64,000 bases of DNA from an uncultured Candidatus Saccharibacteria bacterium (GCA_964607415.1 CAZSKK010000002.1:224585-288584); one strand, 5' to 3'. Positions 31,117 through 41,697 are shown, numbered from the stretch's first letter. Notes: a model not told the origin generated them from the letters alone. Translations and numbers: made by a program.

Positions 31117-32184
31117 ATGAATTTAAGCCTTTCAAAGTTTGACGACAAAGATTCAATTGTTTGGAATGAATTGAATAATTCTTCAGAACATTCAACTTTT
31201 CTTACATCTTTAGAATGGATAAGGTTTCAAAAGAGTTTGGGTAGAGAAATTGAACAATATTTTATTAAAAATGAAAACGATCCTATAGGAATTTTATACG
31301 TTGAATTTCATAGAAGGAAAATAGCAAAATATGCTTATGCTCCTTATAACCCAATAATTGACTGGAAAAAACTTGGGCTAGAATTTAACGATCTGTCTGT
31401 AGATTTAGTATTCACTTCTCTTAAACCTTTTTTTAAACAAATAATTTTAGAAAAAAAAGTCAATGTTTTTAGATTTGACCAATTCGTAGAAAGAAAATAT
31501 ATAAACGGTTTCAAGAAAGCTGGCTTTAAAAAATCTTTAGCTATAGGACAATCTAAAGATTCATTAATACTAGATATTTCAAGATCTGCCAATGAAATTA
31601 AAGCTGGAATGACAAAAAAATCCAGGTGGGAATTAAAAAAGGCCTTAGAAAACGATTTGGAATTTATAATTGCTTCAACGGAAGAGCACGTTAAGGAATT
31701 TTCAAAGTTAATGAGTGAAACAACTTCTAGAAAAAATTTTGCAAACTTTGATGAGGATCATTTTTTAAAAGAGTTTCGTTTTCTAAAGTCTTTTGGCGTA
31801 ATCGATATTTTTCTAATAAAATATAAAAATCAGTATACTGCTGCGGCATTATTTAATTATTTTAATAAAAGTGCAAATTATACACATGGGTGCTCTACTT
31901 CGGATAAGGAACTGCAAAAAATTAGTACCCCAAGGGCATTGCACTGGAATATAATAAACTACCTAAAAACAAAAGGATTCGAAACATATAATATGTGGGG
32001 AGTAATTCCAGACGGTGTAAAAAAACATTCTCAAATGGGTGTATCCAATTTTAAAAAAAGCTGGGGAGGAAAAATTCTTCCTTTAACAGGAGTTTTAGAG
32101 ATTTATAATAATCCTCTAAAATACTATTTTACAAGATTTTTAGAATACTTTTTGTATAAAAAAGATAGATATAAAGACAATTAA
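31117..32184 (+). CDS. FemAB/FemX family peptidoglycan bridge aminoacyltransferase
   Basis: FLTSLEW, M.KK.R..LKKA, YNMWGV, GV..FKKSWGG. Confidence 0.88.
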   Translation: MNLSLSKFDDKDSIVWNELNNSSEHSTFLTSLEWIRFQKSLGREIEQYFIKNENDPIGILYVEFHRRKIAKYAYAPYNPIIDWKKLGLEFNDLSVDLVFTSLKPFFKQIILEKKVNVFRFDQFVERKYINGFKKAGFKKSLAIGQSKDSLILDISRSANEIKAGMTKKSRWELKKALENDLEFIIASTEEHVKEFSKLMSETTSRKNFANFDEDHFLKEFRFLKSFGVIDIFLIKYKNQYTAAALFNYFNKSANYTHGCSTSDKELQKISTPRALHWNIINYLKTKGFETYNMWGVIPDGVKKHSQMGVSNFKKSWGGKILPLTGVLEIYNNPLKYYFTRFLEYFLYKKDRYKDN

Positions 32185-32197
32185 TAAATTTAATTTT

Positions 32198-32629
32198 ATG
32201 AAGGTAAAGATAAAAAGAGTGCATCCAGATGCAAAAATCCCTGAATACAAAACAAGTGGTGCAGCTGGCTGTGATATCTATACTATAGAAAAAGTAAACA
32301 TTAAACCTGGTGAGAGTCTAATGCTAAGAACAGGACTGGCATTCGAATTTCCAAAGAACTACTTTTTGATGATTGCACCAAGATCTTCTTTTGCATTAAA
32401 AAATAACCTTGATATACCAAATTCAATAGCTATAGGCGACGCAGATTACCGTGGTGAGTATTTGCTTGCAGTAAGAAATTTAGGCGGTAAAGAAATCACT
32501 ATAGAAAAACATGAAAGAATTGGACAAGTTTTGTTTATTCCAATTGTGCATGCTGAATTTCTTGAAGTTGAAGAACTGACTGAATCAAAAAGAGGTTCAG
32601 GTTCTTTTGGGTCTACAGGCAAATTCTAA
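32198..32629 (+). CDS. dut: dUTPase
   Basis: AAGCD, PRSS, DADYRGE, RIGQ, RGSGSFGSTG. Confidence 0.97.
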   Translation: MKVKIKRVHPDAKIPEYKTSGAAGCDIYTIEKVNIKPGESLMLRTGLAFEFPKNYFLMIAPRSSFALKNNLDIPNSIAIGDADYRGEYLLAVRNLGGKEITIEKHERIGQVLFIPIVHAEFLEVEELTESKRGSGSFGSTGKF

Positions 32630-32656
32630 ATAGAAGTTTTTAAAATTAAAAAAATT

Positions 32657-33547
32657 ATGCATTTACTTCAAAGTGAGTTCTGGAGAAAAGTAAAAAAGCA
32701 GGAAGGGAATGATATTTTTGATTTGAATGGAATATTTATTCAAACAACAAAAATACCTTTTCTTAAGAAGTATGTGGGATATATTCCAAGAGCCAATCTT
32801 AAAGATATTAATGTGGAAGTGCTAAAAGAATTTAGCAATAAAAATAATATTATTTTTATTAAAGTTGACCCTGTTAACTTAGCAAACGAAAAATTTTCTG
32901 AACTTGATAAATTAAAAAAAGTTAAAGCAGTTCAGTTACAAAGTACTGTTGTTTTAGATACTTCTAAATCTACAGAGGAACTTTTAGTAAATATGTCAAA
33001 AAATCATCGTTATAGTGTTAGGTACGCAGAAAAGAAAGGAGTTAAGGTAAAAATAGATTCTTCACAAGAAAGTTTTGAAGTATTTTTAGCTCTTTATAAA
33101 AAAACTGTTTCTAATAAAGGATATTCAGCTAGAAGTGAAGAGTATATTAAAAAAGTCTGGAAAACAGCGATTAATTATAACAATAACTTAGATTTAATTT
33201 TTATAGCTACAGCGTATTCTGAAAAAACTCCAATCGCCAGTGCGTTAGTAGTCAAATTTGAAAATACCTTATACTATTTATATGCAGGGAGTGATGAACG
33301 ATATAGAAATTTGATGCCTGGATACGCAGTTGTATGGGGTTTAATAAAATTTTGTAAAGAAAAAAACATAAAGTTTTTGGATTTAGTTGGCATAGAAGAA
33401 GATCAAACGTCTGGATTTAGCAGGTTTAAAGTAGGTTTTGGCGGTGAAACTATAAAATATAAGGAAAGCTTTGATTTAATAATAAATCCAATTTTATATA
33501 AACTATTTAATTTGGCAATGACCTTAAGAAAAAGGTTTAGTTTTTGA
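32657..33547 (+). CDS. FemAB/FemX family peptidoglycan bridge aminoacyltransferase
   Basis: LLQSEFW, MSKNHRYSVRYAEKKGV, YYLYAGS, FKVGFGG. Confidence 0.9.
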   Translation: MHLLQSEFWRKVKKQEGNDIFDLNGIFIQTTKIPFLKKYVGYIPRANLKDINVEVLKEFSNKNNIIFIKVDPVNLANEKFSELDKLKKVKAVQLQSTVVLDTSKSTEELLVNMSKNHRYSVRYAEKKGVKVKIDSSQESFEVFLALYKKTVSNKGYSARSEEYIKKVWKTAINYNNNLDLIFIATAYSEKTPIASALVVKFENTLYYLYAGSDERYRNLMPGYAVVWGLIKFCKEKNIKFLDLVGIEEDQTSGFSRFKVGFGGETIKYKESFDLIINPILYKLFNLAMTLRKRFSF

Positions 33548-33631
33548 AGAAATAATACTAGTTAGATTCAAGAATTGATTTATCTTTCAATTCAAAAAAT
33601 CTCATGAATCCTGAATTATTATTCTAAATCT

Positions 33632-34879
33632 ATGAAATATCCAATATTTATTGCTGCATCACCAAATACTCAAGTAGATGATTTCTTGCTTAGCATAAGA
33701 AAACTTTTAAGTCCATGGACGTGGAATGGTTTAAATGATGTTTTAAAACTAGAATCAGAACTGAAAGAGTATATTGGAGTAAAAAATGCAGTTATCACTG
33801 ATTCTGGAAGAAGCTCGCTTTATCTAGTTCTAAAAACATTGAATTTAAAATCAACAGATGAAGTATTACTGCCCTCTTTCACTTGTTTAGTAGTGGCAAA
33901 CGCCGCTCATTACGCTGGGGCAAAATTAAAATTTGTTGATACATCTAAGGATGATTTCAATTTCGATCTTGAAGACTTGAAATCTAAAATTAATAAGAAC
34001 ACTAAAGCTATTCTGGTTCAGCATACATTTGGTAAAAAAATTGATGTAGAAAAAATAAAAGAACTTATCTCTAGATTTGACCACAAGATTGTTTTGATTG
34101 AAGATTGGGCTCATAGTTTAAAAAGAGATGAGAAACTTTTAGGGGATGTGGCGATTCTCACTTTCGGAATTGAGAAGCTGATTTCTGGCGTAAGGCTTGG
34201 TGCTGTAGTCACCAATGACGAAAAATTGAATTACAAATTACGAGAGTCTATCTCAGCCCTTCCTAAATTTCCGCTAAAAAAGAACTTGGTTTCTATTTTA
34301 AACCCAATTTTCTGGTTTTTAGCAAATCCATTACATGTTGTAGGAATTGGAAAGTATTCGATTGGAGCAGTTGTCCGAGGACTATGGAGAAAGCTAGGTT
34401 TTTTGGGAATAATGATAGAAAAACAAGAACATAAAGCAGAAAAACCCGACTGGTTTGCATGTAAACCTTCGAATTCGTTGGCTTCTTTGGCTAGAAATCA
34501 GCTTAAAAAACTTGATAAATTTAATGCCGAAAGATCTAAGATTGCTAGAACTTATCATGAAAAACTTTTCGCAATCTCTGATGAAGTTGAATTTAACGAG
34601 CAAAGGGTATATTTAAGATATCCGGTTTTACTTAAGAATGAAGAATCAAGAATGAAGATTTGGAATACAGCAAAAGAGCAAAGAATTACTTTAGGAGATT
34701 GGTATATGGTTCCACTTTATTCTAAATATGTTAATCAAAAAACTTACAAAACTTTAGGTTATGATCCGAAACAAACACCAGTTACAGTTGATAAGTGTAG
34801 AAGAGTTTTAAATCTTCCAACAGGGATAATTATTTCCGAGAAAAGAGCCAAATCTTTAACAAGCAAAATTTCTTCTTAG
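33632..34879 (+). CDS. DegT/DnrJ/EryC1/StrS PLP-dependent aminotransferase
   Basis: SGRSSL, PSFTC, QHTFG, EDWAHS, TFGIEK. Confidence 0.88.
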   Translation: MKYPIFIAASPNTQVDDFLLSIRKLLSPWTWNGLNDVLKLESELKEYIGVKNAVITDSGRSSLYLVLKTLNLKSTDEVLLPSFTCLVVANAAHYAGAKLKFVDTSKDDFNFDLEDLKSKINKNTKAILVQHTFGKKIDVEKIKELISRFDHKIVLIEDWAHSLKRDEKLLGDVAILTFGIEKLISGVRLGAVVTNDEKLNYKLRESISALPKFPLKKNLVSILNPIFWFLANPLHVVGIGKYSIGAVVRGLWRKLGFLGIMIEKQEHKAEKPDWFACKPSNSLASLARNQLKKLDKFNAERSKIARTYHEKLFAISDEVEFNEQRVYLRYPVLLKNEESRMKIWNTAKEQRITLGDWYMVPLYSKYVNQKTYKTLGYDPKQTPVTVDKCRRVLNLPTGIIISEKRAKSLTSKISS

Positions 34880-34925
34880 GATAAGATTAAACTAGAGTGT
34901 TTTATATCCAATTGGGATAAAAAAT

Positions 34926-35279
34926 TTAGGCTTCTATGTCTTCGTAAACACTATGTGCCACAAGAGTATATTCACCGTTAAACTCGTTATCAAAGTAGCT
35001 TTGAAATTCTTCAGAAACGTCTTTAACATTTGCCAAGCCATAGGTGTAAAGTTTTCCCGTGTACATATGAATCACTTTATTTTCAGCAAGCTCAAACTTT
35101 AATAATTCCATATTTCTTGTTTCCCGATCAAACATTGTTACTTCAATTTCCGAACATCCTTTGTCTAGACCTTTTTTTAATGCTTGAACTATCTGTGTGA
35201 ACTCTATTTTTCTAAAGTTGAGCGCTACAGTTGCTTCATGTTTTTTCCCAGGAAGTTCAAGAATTTGAGTCTGATTCAT
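34926..35279 (-). CDS. Hypothetical protein
   Basis: 117-aa ORF; no motif recognised. Confidence 0.65.
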   Translation of the reverse strand: MNQTQILELPGKKHEATVALNFRKIEFTQIVQALKKGLDKGCSEIEVTMFDRETRNMELLKFELAENKVIHMYTGKLYTYGLANVKDVSEEFQSYFDNEFNGEYTLVAHSVYEDIEA

Positions 35280-35355
35280 AGGAGAGAATTAAAATATATA
35301 CCAAAGTATACAACAGCAAAAAAGGGAGTACAATTTGAAGAAAGTAGCGAAAGTT

Positions 35356-36567
35356 TTAATTTATGAAATTCAAATACTGAATTGAGACCCATCCACTCTT
35401 TCCATCACCTAAATCAATTTTGATATATCCATTTCCGGCATCTTCGAGCATAAAAAATCTTTGCCCTGGAGATACTCTTCCAGTTTCAGATGCAACACTA
35501 GAAGCATCAGATCTAACTCTTAAATAGCCAAGTTCAGTATTTCGTACCTCTACTATCCTTTTGGATGAGGATTGAAGATTTAAGGTAAGTTCAACAATAG
35601 TATTGGTAAGCTTGTTCCCATTGATGTTTTTGATTTCAAAACTCTCAGTTTTACTTCCAATAAACAAAGGAGCTTTTAACTTAAACTGGAATGTACCTTC
35701 TCTTCCTGGCAGTAAGGTTTCCCCATCAGTCATCAAGGGAATTTGAGTTGTGCTCAACCACTCATTGTTAAGAAAAAAAGAACTAGTTGAATTGTCTGTT
35801 TTTGAAAGTACAATTTCAGATTGTGTCCCAGAGTAAATTGCATGCTCACTTGTGTTTCTGATTGTTACTGATCCAATCACTTCTGTACCTGGTTCTACAC
35901 TGTCAGTAGGTAAATTTTTAGAAGAAAGTTCGGCAGAGTAAGATTTTTGTATAGGTGCGTAGCTTTGAGTTACAAAATTTTTAATCTCATTTAAGGATAA
36001 ATTCCAGCTGCCAATCACATCACTTTTTTCTATACTTACGGTTCTCGTGGCTGAATCTTTAATAAACTTGATAGAGCTAACTTGAATGTTTTCTGGTTTT
36101 ATAGAATTTGTATTTGCAACTTCTAAAGAAAGATTTTTCAAAGCTATCATAGATCGTGGATCAAAGTTACTTGCAAATCTATCAGAAAGGTAAGCAATTA
36201 CAACGGGATTTCCTTCAATACCAGAAATATTAATCCTTCTCTCATCTCCTCCTGAATTCCCTTCAAAAATTTTACCTGTTCTACTAACGATATAGTGAAA
36301 AGGAATATCATTAAATCCCAGTCTTTGTATTGTGTAATAGTATAAACCTCTAAACCAGGTAGTATCATTAGTATCCAGTTCTTCTGTTGGCGGGAAAATA
36401 GGCACAATCAAAATTTTATTTGGAGAAGTAAAACTTGTATCTTCTTTTGTAATGCTAGTATCTAAGTTTACTTGTGATAAAGTAACAAGATTTGCAGCAC
36501 TTACCAAGTTTGTACTTGCTGCAAGAATCAATAGGGATATTGTAAGTAAAAAAATTTTTTTCATCAA
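35356..36567 (-). CDS. Secreted PGRP/Amidase_2-like + Ig-like + SH3b protein
   Basis: Signal peptide; GFNDIPFHYIVSRTGKIFEG; C-terminal LRVRS...GWVS. Confidence 0.75.
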   Translation of the reverse strand: MMKKIFLLTISLLILAASTNLVSAANLVTLSQVNLDTSITKEDTSFTSPNKILIVPIFPPTEELDTNDTTWFRGLYYYTIQRLGFNDIPFHYIVSRTGKIFEGNSGGDERRINISGIEGNPVVIAYLSDRFASNFDPRSMIALKNLSLEVANTNSIKPENIQVSSIKFIKDSATRTVSIEKSDVIGSWNLSLNEIKNFVTQSYAPIQKSYSAELSSKNLPTDSVEPGTEVIGSVTIRNTSEHAIYSGTQSEIVLSKTDNSTSSFFLNNEWLSTTQIPLMTDGETLLPGREGTFQFKLKAPLFIGSKTESFEIKNINGNKLTNTIVELTLNLQSSSKRIVEVRNTELGYLRVRSDASSVASETGRVSPGQRFFMLEDAGNGYIKIDLGDGKSGWVSIQYLNFIN

Positions 36568-37487
36568 ATTAAACTTAAATAAAGTGTTAATCCAAGCTTA
36601 TCATCAATTTCTCCTTTTTTTATTGCTAAATCAAGATCAAAAAGTTTTTTAGAAAAATTTTTTAAATCATTTACTGAAAAGCGTTTTGCTTTTTCTAATG
36701 TTTTGGATAATACAAATGGATGAAGCTTTAAAACTTCGGGTCTTATTTTATTTTCAATACAATAAATGGCTTTAGATAAAATATTAATTTCTCTATTAAT
36801 CATAGCAATCAAGAATTGCGTATTGTCCTCAAAGCGGCTTAATTTTTCAAATTCTAAAAGAGCACTCTTGGCATTTCTTTCGCCAAAACTATCTAAAAAC
36901 TTCCATATATCACCCTTAGCGTTCAAACCTAATAAAATATTTAAATCATCATCAGAAATAGTTTTGCTATCTTTATTTAACAGAAAAAGTCTAATTTTTT
37001 CAATTTCATTTTCTAAAAACCATTTATTATCACCAATCCGCTCTAATAAAAAATTCTTCTGACTAAAAGTTAAACTAATTTCTTTCTTTTGAATTAGGCT
37101 ATCTAGCCATTTCAAAATTGCTCTAGGTTTTTGGAGTTCAAATGTATAAATTAAACCTTTATCCTTAGTTAGTTTAAAAATTTTTGAACGAGCATCTATT
37201 TTATCATCTTCCCAAATTAAAATTTCGTACTTTGAAAGAGTTTCAAAATTTTCAACCACATAAGTCTCTAGTTTCTTATTACCACTTAATCTTTTTAGTA
37301 AAATTATAAAATTTTCAGAGAACATACCTATCCCTTCTAACTCGTCAACAAAATTTTGAATGTTAGAAATAGAAGCTGCATCTATAATTTTTAATTCGGA
37401 AGCAGTTTTTTTTGCAAGTGTTACCACTTCTTCTTTTACTTTTTTATAACTTTCGTATGTGTCTTGTCCTGAAAAAAGATAAATCAT
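36564..37487 (-). CDS. holA: DNA polymerase III delta subunit
   Basis: MIYLFSGQD, GMFS, NEIEK, IWKFLD, HPFV, DLAIKKG. Confidence 0.88.
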   Translation of the reverse strand: MIYLFSGQDTYESYKKVKEEVVTLAKKTASELKIIDAASISNIQNFVDELEGIGMFSENFIILLKRLSGNKKLETYVVENFETLSKYEILIWEDDKIDARSKIFKLTKDKGLIYTFELQKPRAILKWLDSLIQKKEISLTFSQKNFLLERIGDNKWFLENEIEKIRLFLLNKDSKTISDDDLNILLGLNAKGDIWKFLDSFGERNAKSALLEFEKLSRFEDNTQFLIAMINREINILSKAIYCIENKIRPEVLKLHPFVLSKTLEKAKRFSVNDLKNFSKKLFDLDLAIKKGEIDDKLGLTLYLSLI

Positions 37488-37488
37488 T

Positions 37489-38325
37489 TTAAAAAAGATT
37501 GGCCTTAACTTCTAAATTTACAACAACTTGCCCATCTTGAATATCTATACTTTGAATTTTATAGTTTTCATTAAAATCAACAAGTTGATTAAATATTTGA
37601 TCCGCATTTCTGTCTTCTGATCCAAAATCTAATATATTTAAAGCAACGTCACTAATTGCTTTGTTAACAAAAGAAGGTAACCCTACCCTATTTGTACCTA
37701 TTTTGTTAATTTGTAGTTCGTTAGCATTATTCTTTGAGATTTCTATAATACCCCAAAGCGGTTCGTTGTTTTCTATTTCATCTAAATTCCACAGTATTCG
37801 AATGGTATTTAACTTGGTATCGATAGTTAGATTCTTCAGCTGAGGAATATTTTTTCTTCCAATTGCAGTTAGTTGATTTTCAGTAATTACTATTTGATTA
37901 TCACCAATATTATCGATTTGATTATTTAGCTCAGCTGTAGCATCTTCATAAGAAAGATTATTAAATTGCTCAACATTTATGTCATTATTCAAAAAATCAA
38001 CAAATCGTTTCCACAAAGCATCTGGTTTTGCGATAACTAAATATAAAAGTCCTACAATTAATAATATTAGTACTAAACAACCGCCACATCCAAAAGTTCT
38101 GCAACCACACCCAGGTATGCAACCATTTCCATTTTTGCCTCTTTCTACATATACTATTTCCTTTTCGATTTCTTTCGAGGGTTCGGGTTTTCTTTTTGCT
38201 TCCTTTTTAGGTGTGTTTTCAATTTCATCAGCCAGGTTATAGTCATTAAAAGGGATTTCTTTTACTGTTGGACTATTATTGGCTAAATCTTTATTATTTT
38301 TAAGAGAAGAGTTGGTTGTATTCAT
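37489..38325 (-). CDS. Membrane-anchored hypothetical protein with Cys/Gly-rich juxtamembrane segment
   Basis: GCIPGCGCRTFGCGGC followed by a TM; ITENQLT motif. Confidence 0.7.
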   Translation of the reverse strand: MNTTNSSLKNNKDLANNSPTVKEIPFNDYNLADEIENTPKKEAKRKPEPSKEIEKEIVYVERGKNGNGCIPGCGCRTFGCGGCLVLILLIVGLLYLVIAKPDALWKRFVDFLNNDINVEQFNNLSYEDATAELNNQIDNIGDNQIVITENQLTAIGRKNIPQLKNLTIDTKLNTIRILWNLDEIENNEPLWGIIEISKNNANELQINKIGTNRVGLPSFVNKAISDVALNILDFGSEDRNADQIFNQLVDFNENYKIQSIDIQDGQVVVNLEVKANLF

Positions 38326-38574
38326 ATTTGTAAATATGTTTATGAATAAAGAAAAAACTTGTAGTCATTTAAAGCAGAAACAAGTGAAAATTATTTTGAT
38401 TGTAAACAGGTAATTGTTTATATTAGTATATCAGATTTGATGTAGAATATAATTAATTCAGGCATTTTGATATTTAATTTTGAGTCAGCAAACAGCGGAC
38501 GAAAGTCTTGTGTTTGTTGCAAAGTGTTAAAGTTACAACGTTTTAAAGTTAAACTTTTTAACTTAAGAATTTTT

Positions 38575-39102
38575 ATGAGACAAACAATAATCTGGCTAGT
38601 ATTAGGAATCATGATTTTAGCATTCACAAGAGTTTTTGTGGGTAGTATTTCACCTTTTAAAGAGGGTAATCTGAATGAATTAATACAGTCCAAAGAAATT
38701 GGACCAGAAGAATGGGAGAAGTTAAATACAGAAATAAATATAGCAATAGAGAGGGGTCTAATTTTTGAATATCTTTCAGTTAATGCATACATCGGGGCGT
38801 TTTTGGTTTCACTTTCGCTTTTTTGTATTTTTACGTCAATCCACCTATCTATAGATAAACTATTTTTTAAAGATTTTTATGTGCGAGCATCACTGTTTGA
38901 TGCAACTCGTAGATCCTTTCTATTTGTACTAGCTATAAACGGAATTATTTACCTGCTTTTATATAATACTGAAATTTACGTTGTATTAGTTACTCCACTT
39001 TTAGCGCTAATTGTTGAAATTTTATTTACAAAATATGTAAAAGAAGTATTTGTTCAAAAGGTTAGAAGAATAAATGAGCTGTCCAAAAAACCTTCGGTTT
39101 AA
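38575..39102 (+). CDS. Hypothetical membrane protein
   Basis: About 4 TMs; ATG 38575 preferred because the upstream extension is octamer-repeat DNA. Confidence 0.7.
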   Translation: MRQTIIWLVLGIMILAFTRVFVGSISPFKEGNLNELIQSKEIGPEEWEKLNTEINIAIERGLIFEYLSVNAYIGAFLVSLSLFCIFTSIHLSIDKLFFKDFYVRASLFDATRRSFLFVLAINGIIYLLLYNTEIYVVLVTPLLALIVEILFTKYVKEVFVQKVRRINELSKKPSV

Positions 39103-39117
39103 TTTAGTAGTTTTTAA

Positions 39118-39237
39118 GCCTCGCCCCGGCCTCCCAAAGCTTGGCCACCCTCTCCTTTAGGATGAGAATGCATATTATGCATTCGAACGGAGCTAAATTA
39201 GCTGCACTCAAAAGCACAATGTGTTTTTTCGGGTGAG
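39118..39237. repeat. CCTCACCC/CCCTCTCC-type REP interrupted by hairpin element copy 2 (39164-39230)
   Basis: cctcgccccggcc..ggccaccctctcctttaggat[GAGAATGCATATTATGC...]gggtgag. Confidence 0.8.
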
Positions 39238-39251
39238 ACGACCTCAGATTC

Positions 39252-40127
39252 TCAAAATGTGCTGTATTCAATTCCATCAGGCACTTTGATTTCTTTTCCT
39301 CCTACAAAAACAGCTGTGGCCCAAGCGTCAGCCTGAGTTGCAGTTTTAGCCTTAACAAAAACTGTTTTAAAATTTTCTGAGGGTTTTCCTGTCCTTGGGT
39401 CAATCAAATGATGAAACTGTTTAACTTTTCTTGCCCAAGAACCTGAAGAAGCTAGAGCCTCATCTTTTAAATTAATCTTACCAACAATCTCGATTTCATT
39501 TTTTTTGTTCATGATTTTTAAGCCCACTTCCCAGGCTTTACCTTTTTCGTTAACACCCATTGCCAAAATATCTCCTCCTGCATCAATTAAAAAGTTACTA
39601 AAGCCTTTAGCTTTTATCTTTTCACTTGCACAATCAATTGCATACCCCTTTCCTATCCCACCAAGATCAATCTTTTGGTTTTTACTTAGCTGAACACTTT
39701 TTTGTTTAGGGAAGAGTTTTATATCTTTGTAGCTAGGTCTTTCGTTCTTTATTTTTTCAACATATTTATCTAAATCCGGATTATCAAGTTTTGAAAAATT
39801 GTAGTTTTTATCGTATCCATAAACTTCTAAAAAATCTATTACAGTTGGGTCAAAAGTTCCTTTGCTTTCATTTGCAATTTTAATCATCGTTTCAATAAGT
39901 ATAAAAAATTCATCGGTAATAGAAACAATATTTCCGGCGTTTCTATTTAGGTTGGAAAGTTCACTGTTTTCATTAAATCTTGTGTATTGTTTTACAATTC
40001 GATCAAATTCAGAAAATCCATCTTGGATTGCATCAAGTGCTTCAACCGTTGATTTATCTCCACGTACAATCTTTATGGTGATTATAGTATTCATGAAATT
40101 CTTTTCCAGTTGGACAATTTTGCTCAT
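39252..40127 (-). CDS. apbE: FAD:protein FMN transferase ApbE, no signal peptide
   Basis: SELSNLN, FDPTV, DLGGIGKGYAID, AGGDI, SSG, HHLIDPRTG, ADAWAT. Confidence 0.93.
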   Translation of the reverse strand: MSKIVQLEKNFMNTIITIKIVRGDKSTVEALDAIQDGFSEFDRIVKQYTRFNENSELSNLNRNAGNIVSITDEFFILIETMIKIANESKGTFDPTVIDFLEVYGYDKNYNFSKLDNPDLDKYVEKIKNERPSYKDIKLFPKQKSVQLSKNQKIDLGGIGKGYAIDCASEKIKAKGFSNFLIDAGGDILAMGVNEKGKAWEVGLKIMNKKNEIEIVGKINLKDEALASSGSWARKVKQFHHLIDPRTGKPSENFKTVFVKAKTATQADAWATAVFVGGKEIKVPDGIEYSTF

Positions 40128-40286
40128 TGTTTGACAATGGTTTAAATAATGAAATAGAATGAAGATAAATAATCATAGCACAAGGTTAACTAGTTAATTA
40201 GTAAAGCAGTTAATTTTTAAAACTAATTAACTAGCCATCAATTAACAAATTAACTAGTAATCTACTTTAACTATTAAAACTTGCCT

Positions 40287-40916
40287 ATGTCAAAATTCAC
40301 TCGTGAAGCACTACCCTATTCTTTCGATGCCCTGGAACCATTTATTGATGCCAAAACGATGGAAATTCATAGCGAAAAGCATCATCAAACGTATACGGAT
40401 AAATTAAATGCTGCATTGGAAGGTAAACCTGAATTTCAGGATTGGAGTATTGAGGTTTTGCTAAGAGATTTAAATAAATTACCTGAAGATATTAGAACTG
40501 TTGTAAAAAATAATGGCGGAGGTTTTGTAAATCACAATATTTTCTTTTCTACTTTAAAAAAGAATGAAGGTGGAAACCCGGTTGGAGAATTAGCAAAAAT
40601 GATAGAAGGAAAATTCGAAAGCTTTGAAAAATTTAAAGAGGAGTTTACTCAAACCGCACTTGGGGTCTTTGGATCAGGCTGGGTTTGGCTTGCTTTAGAT
40701 GAAAATGGAGAAAACCCTCATATTCATGGTCTGCCACTTCAGGAAAATCCTTACATGCATAAGCACCTTCCAGTTTTAGGGTTGGATGTTTGGGAACATG
40801 CCTATTACCTAAAATATCAAAATCGAAGACCAGAATATGTTGAAGCTTTTTGGAACGTAATCGATTGGGAAAAGGTTAATGAAATGTACCTTACAGCTGT
40901 TCAAGGATGGAAGTGA
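40287..40916 (+). CDS. sodA: Mn/Fe superoxide dismutase
   Basis: LPYSFDALEP, HHQTY, NNGGGFVNH, DVWEHAYY. Confidence 0.95.
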   Translation: MSKFTREALPYSFDALEPFIDAKTMEIHSEKHHQTYTDKLNAALEGKPEFQDWSIEVLLRDLNKLPEDIRTVVKNNGGGFVNHNIFFSTLKKNEGGNPVGELAKMIEGKFESFEKFKEEFTQTALGVFGSGWVWLALDENGENPHIHGLPLQENPYMHKHLPVLGLDVWEHAYYLKYQNRRPEYVEAFWNVIDWEKVNEMYLTAVQGWK

Positions 40917-41050
40917 TATAAGATAGGAAGCTCAGAGATCAAATAACAAAATAATAAATAAATTTAAATTTTCAATTTTAAAATTATTTTGAATTACTTT
41001 GTGCTTTGTTATTAAACCTGGTAATTACTTTAGCTTTTAAAGCCTTTCGT

Positions 41051-41629
41051 ATGCCACGATTCCTAGGTAGAGCAAGATCATCAAAAGCTGCCCCAAAACC
41101 TTTTGGAGAAGCAGATATAATTTTTCTTCCGGGTTATTCAGTTAAAAATAAATCGGAACAAGATAATATTGCTAACTTTTTAGGTAAAAAAGGTTTAAAT
41201 TCATATAAGCATAGATGGGCTCATTGGGAAAACGAATCAGTTAGTTTTAGTAGAACAAGAGAATTGGAAATTATTAAGTCGAAATTGCCTAAGAATGAAG
41301 AGTTTGGGATAATCGCAAAGTCTATTGGAACAATAATTGCGGCAGAACTTTTAAGCCAAATAAATAAACGAAGAGTCAAGTTTGTTGTTTTGCTTGGAAT
41401 TCCAATCAACAATCTAAAGTCATCAGATGTATTGAAATTTATAAACACTTTTAAAAATTTAGGAGTTCCAATTCTTTGTATTCAAAATTCAGAGGATCAA
41501 TTTGGCGATATTGTTCAAGTTCAGGATCTTTTGAAGGAAGTGGAATATGATCAAGTTATAAAAGATGCTGAAGGTCATAGCTACAACTATCCTGAGGATA
41601 TATATAATTTTATTTCAAGTGTGTTTTAA
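41051..41629 (+). CDS. Small alpha/beta hydrolase
   Basis: FLPG, AKSIG, QNSEDQFG, GHSY. Confidence 0.75.
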   Translation: MPRFLGRARSSKAAPKPFGEADIIFLPGYSVKNKSEQDNIANFLGKKGLNSYKHRWAHWENESVSFSRTRELEIIKSKLPKNEEFGIIAKSIGTIIAAELLSQINKRRVKFVVLLGIPINNLKSSDVLKFINTFKNLGVPILCIQNSEDQFGDIVQVQDLLKEVEYDQVIKDAEGHSYNYPEDIYNFISSVF

Positions 41630-41631
41630 TA

Positions 41632-41661
41632 AAAAACTACGCACCTTTGGTGCGTAGTTTT
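41632..41661. terminator. Bidirectional intrinsic terminator
   Basis: aaaactacgcacc-ttt-ggtgcgtagtttt between convergent genes. Confidence 0.85.
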
Positions 41662-41697
41662 AGCATATAACTTTATCGGAGAAGATACTAGATAGAA

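Noticed and set aside
38467-38574. Cys-containing N-terminal extension of the 38467 ORF; likewise 41006-41050 and 18086-18109
   Set aside because: Extensions from TTG starts run through repeat or leader DNA; internal ATGs are better starts
40155-40180. Fur/PerR-like box upstream of sod
   Set aside because: Only a weak match in very AT-rich DNA
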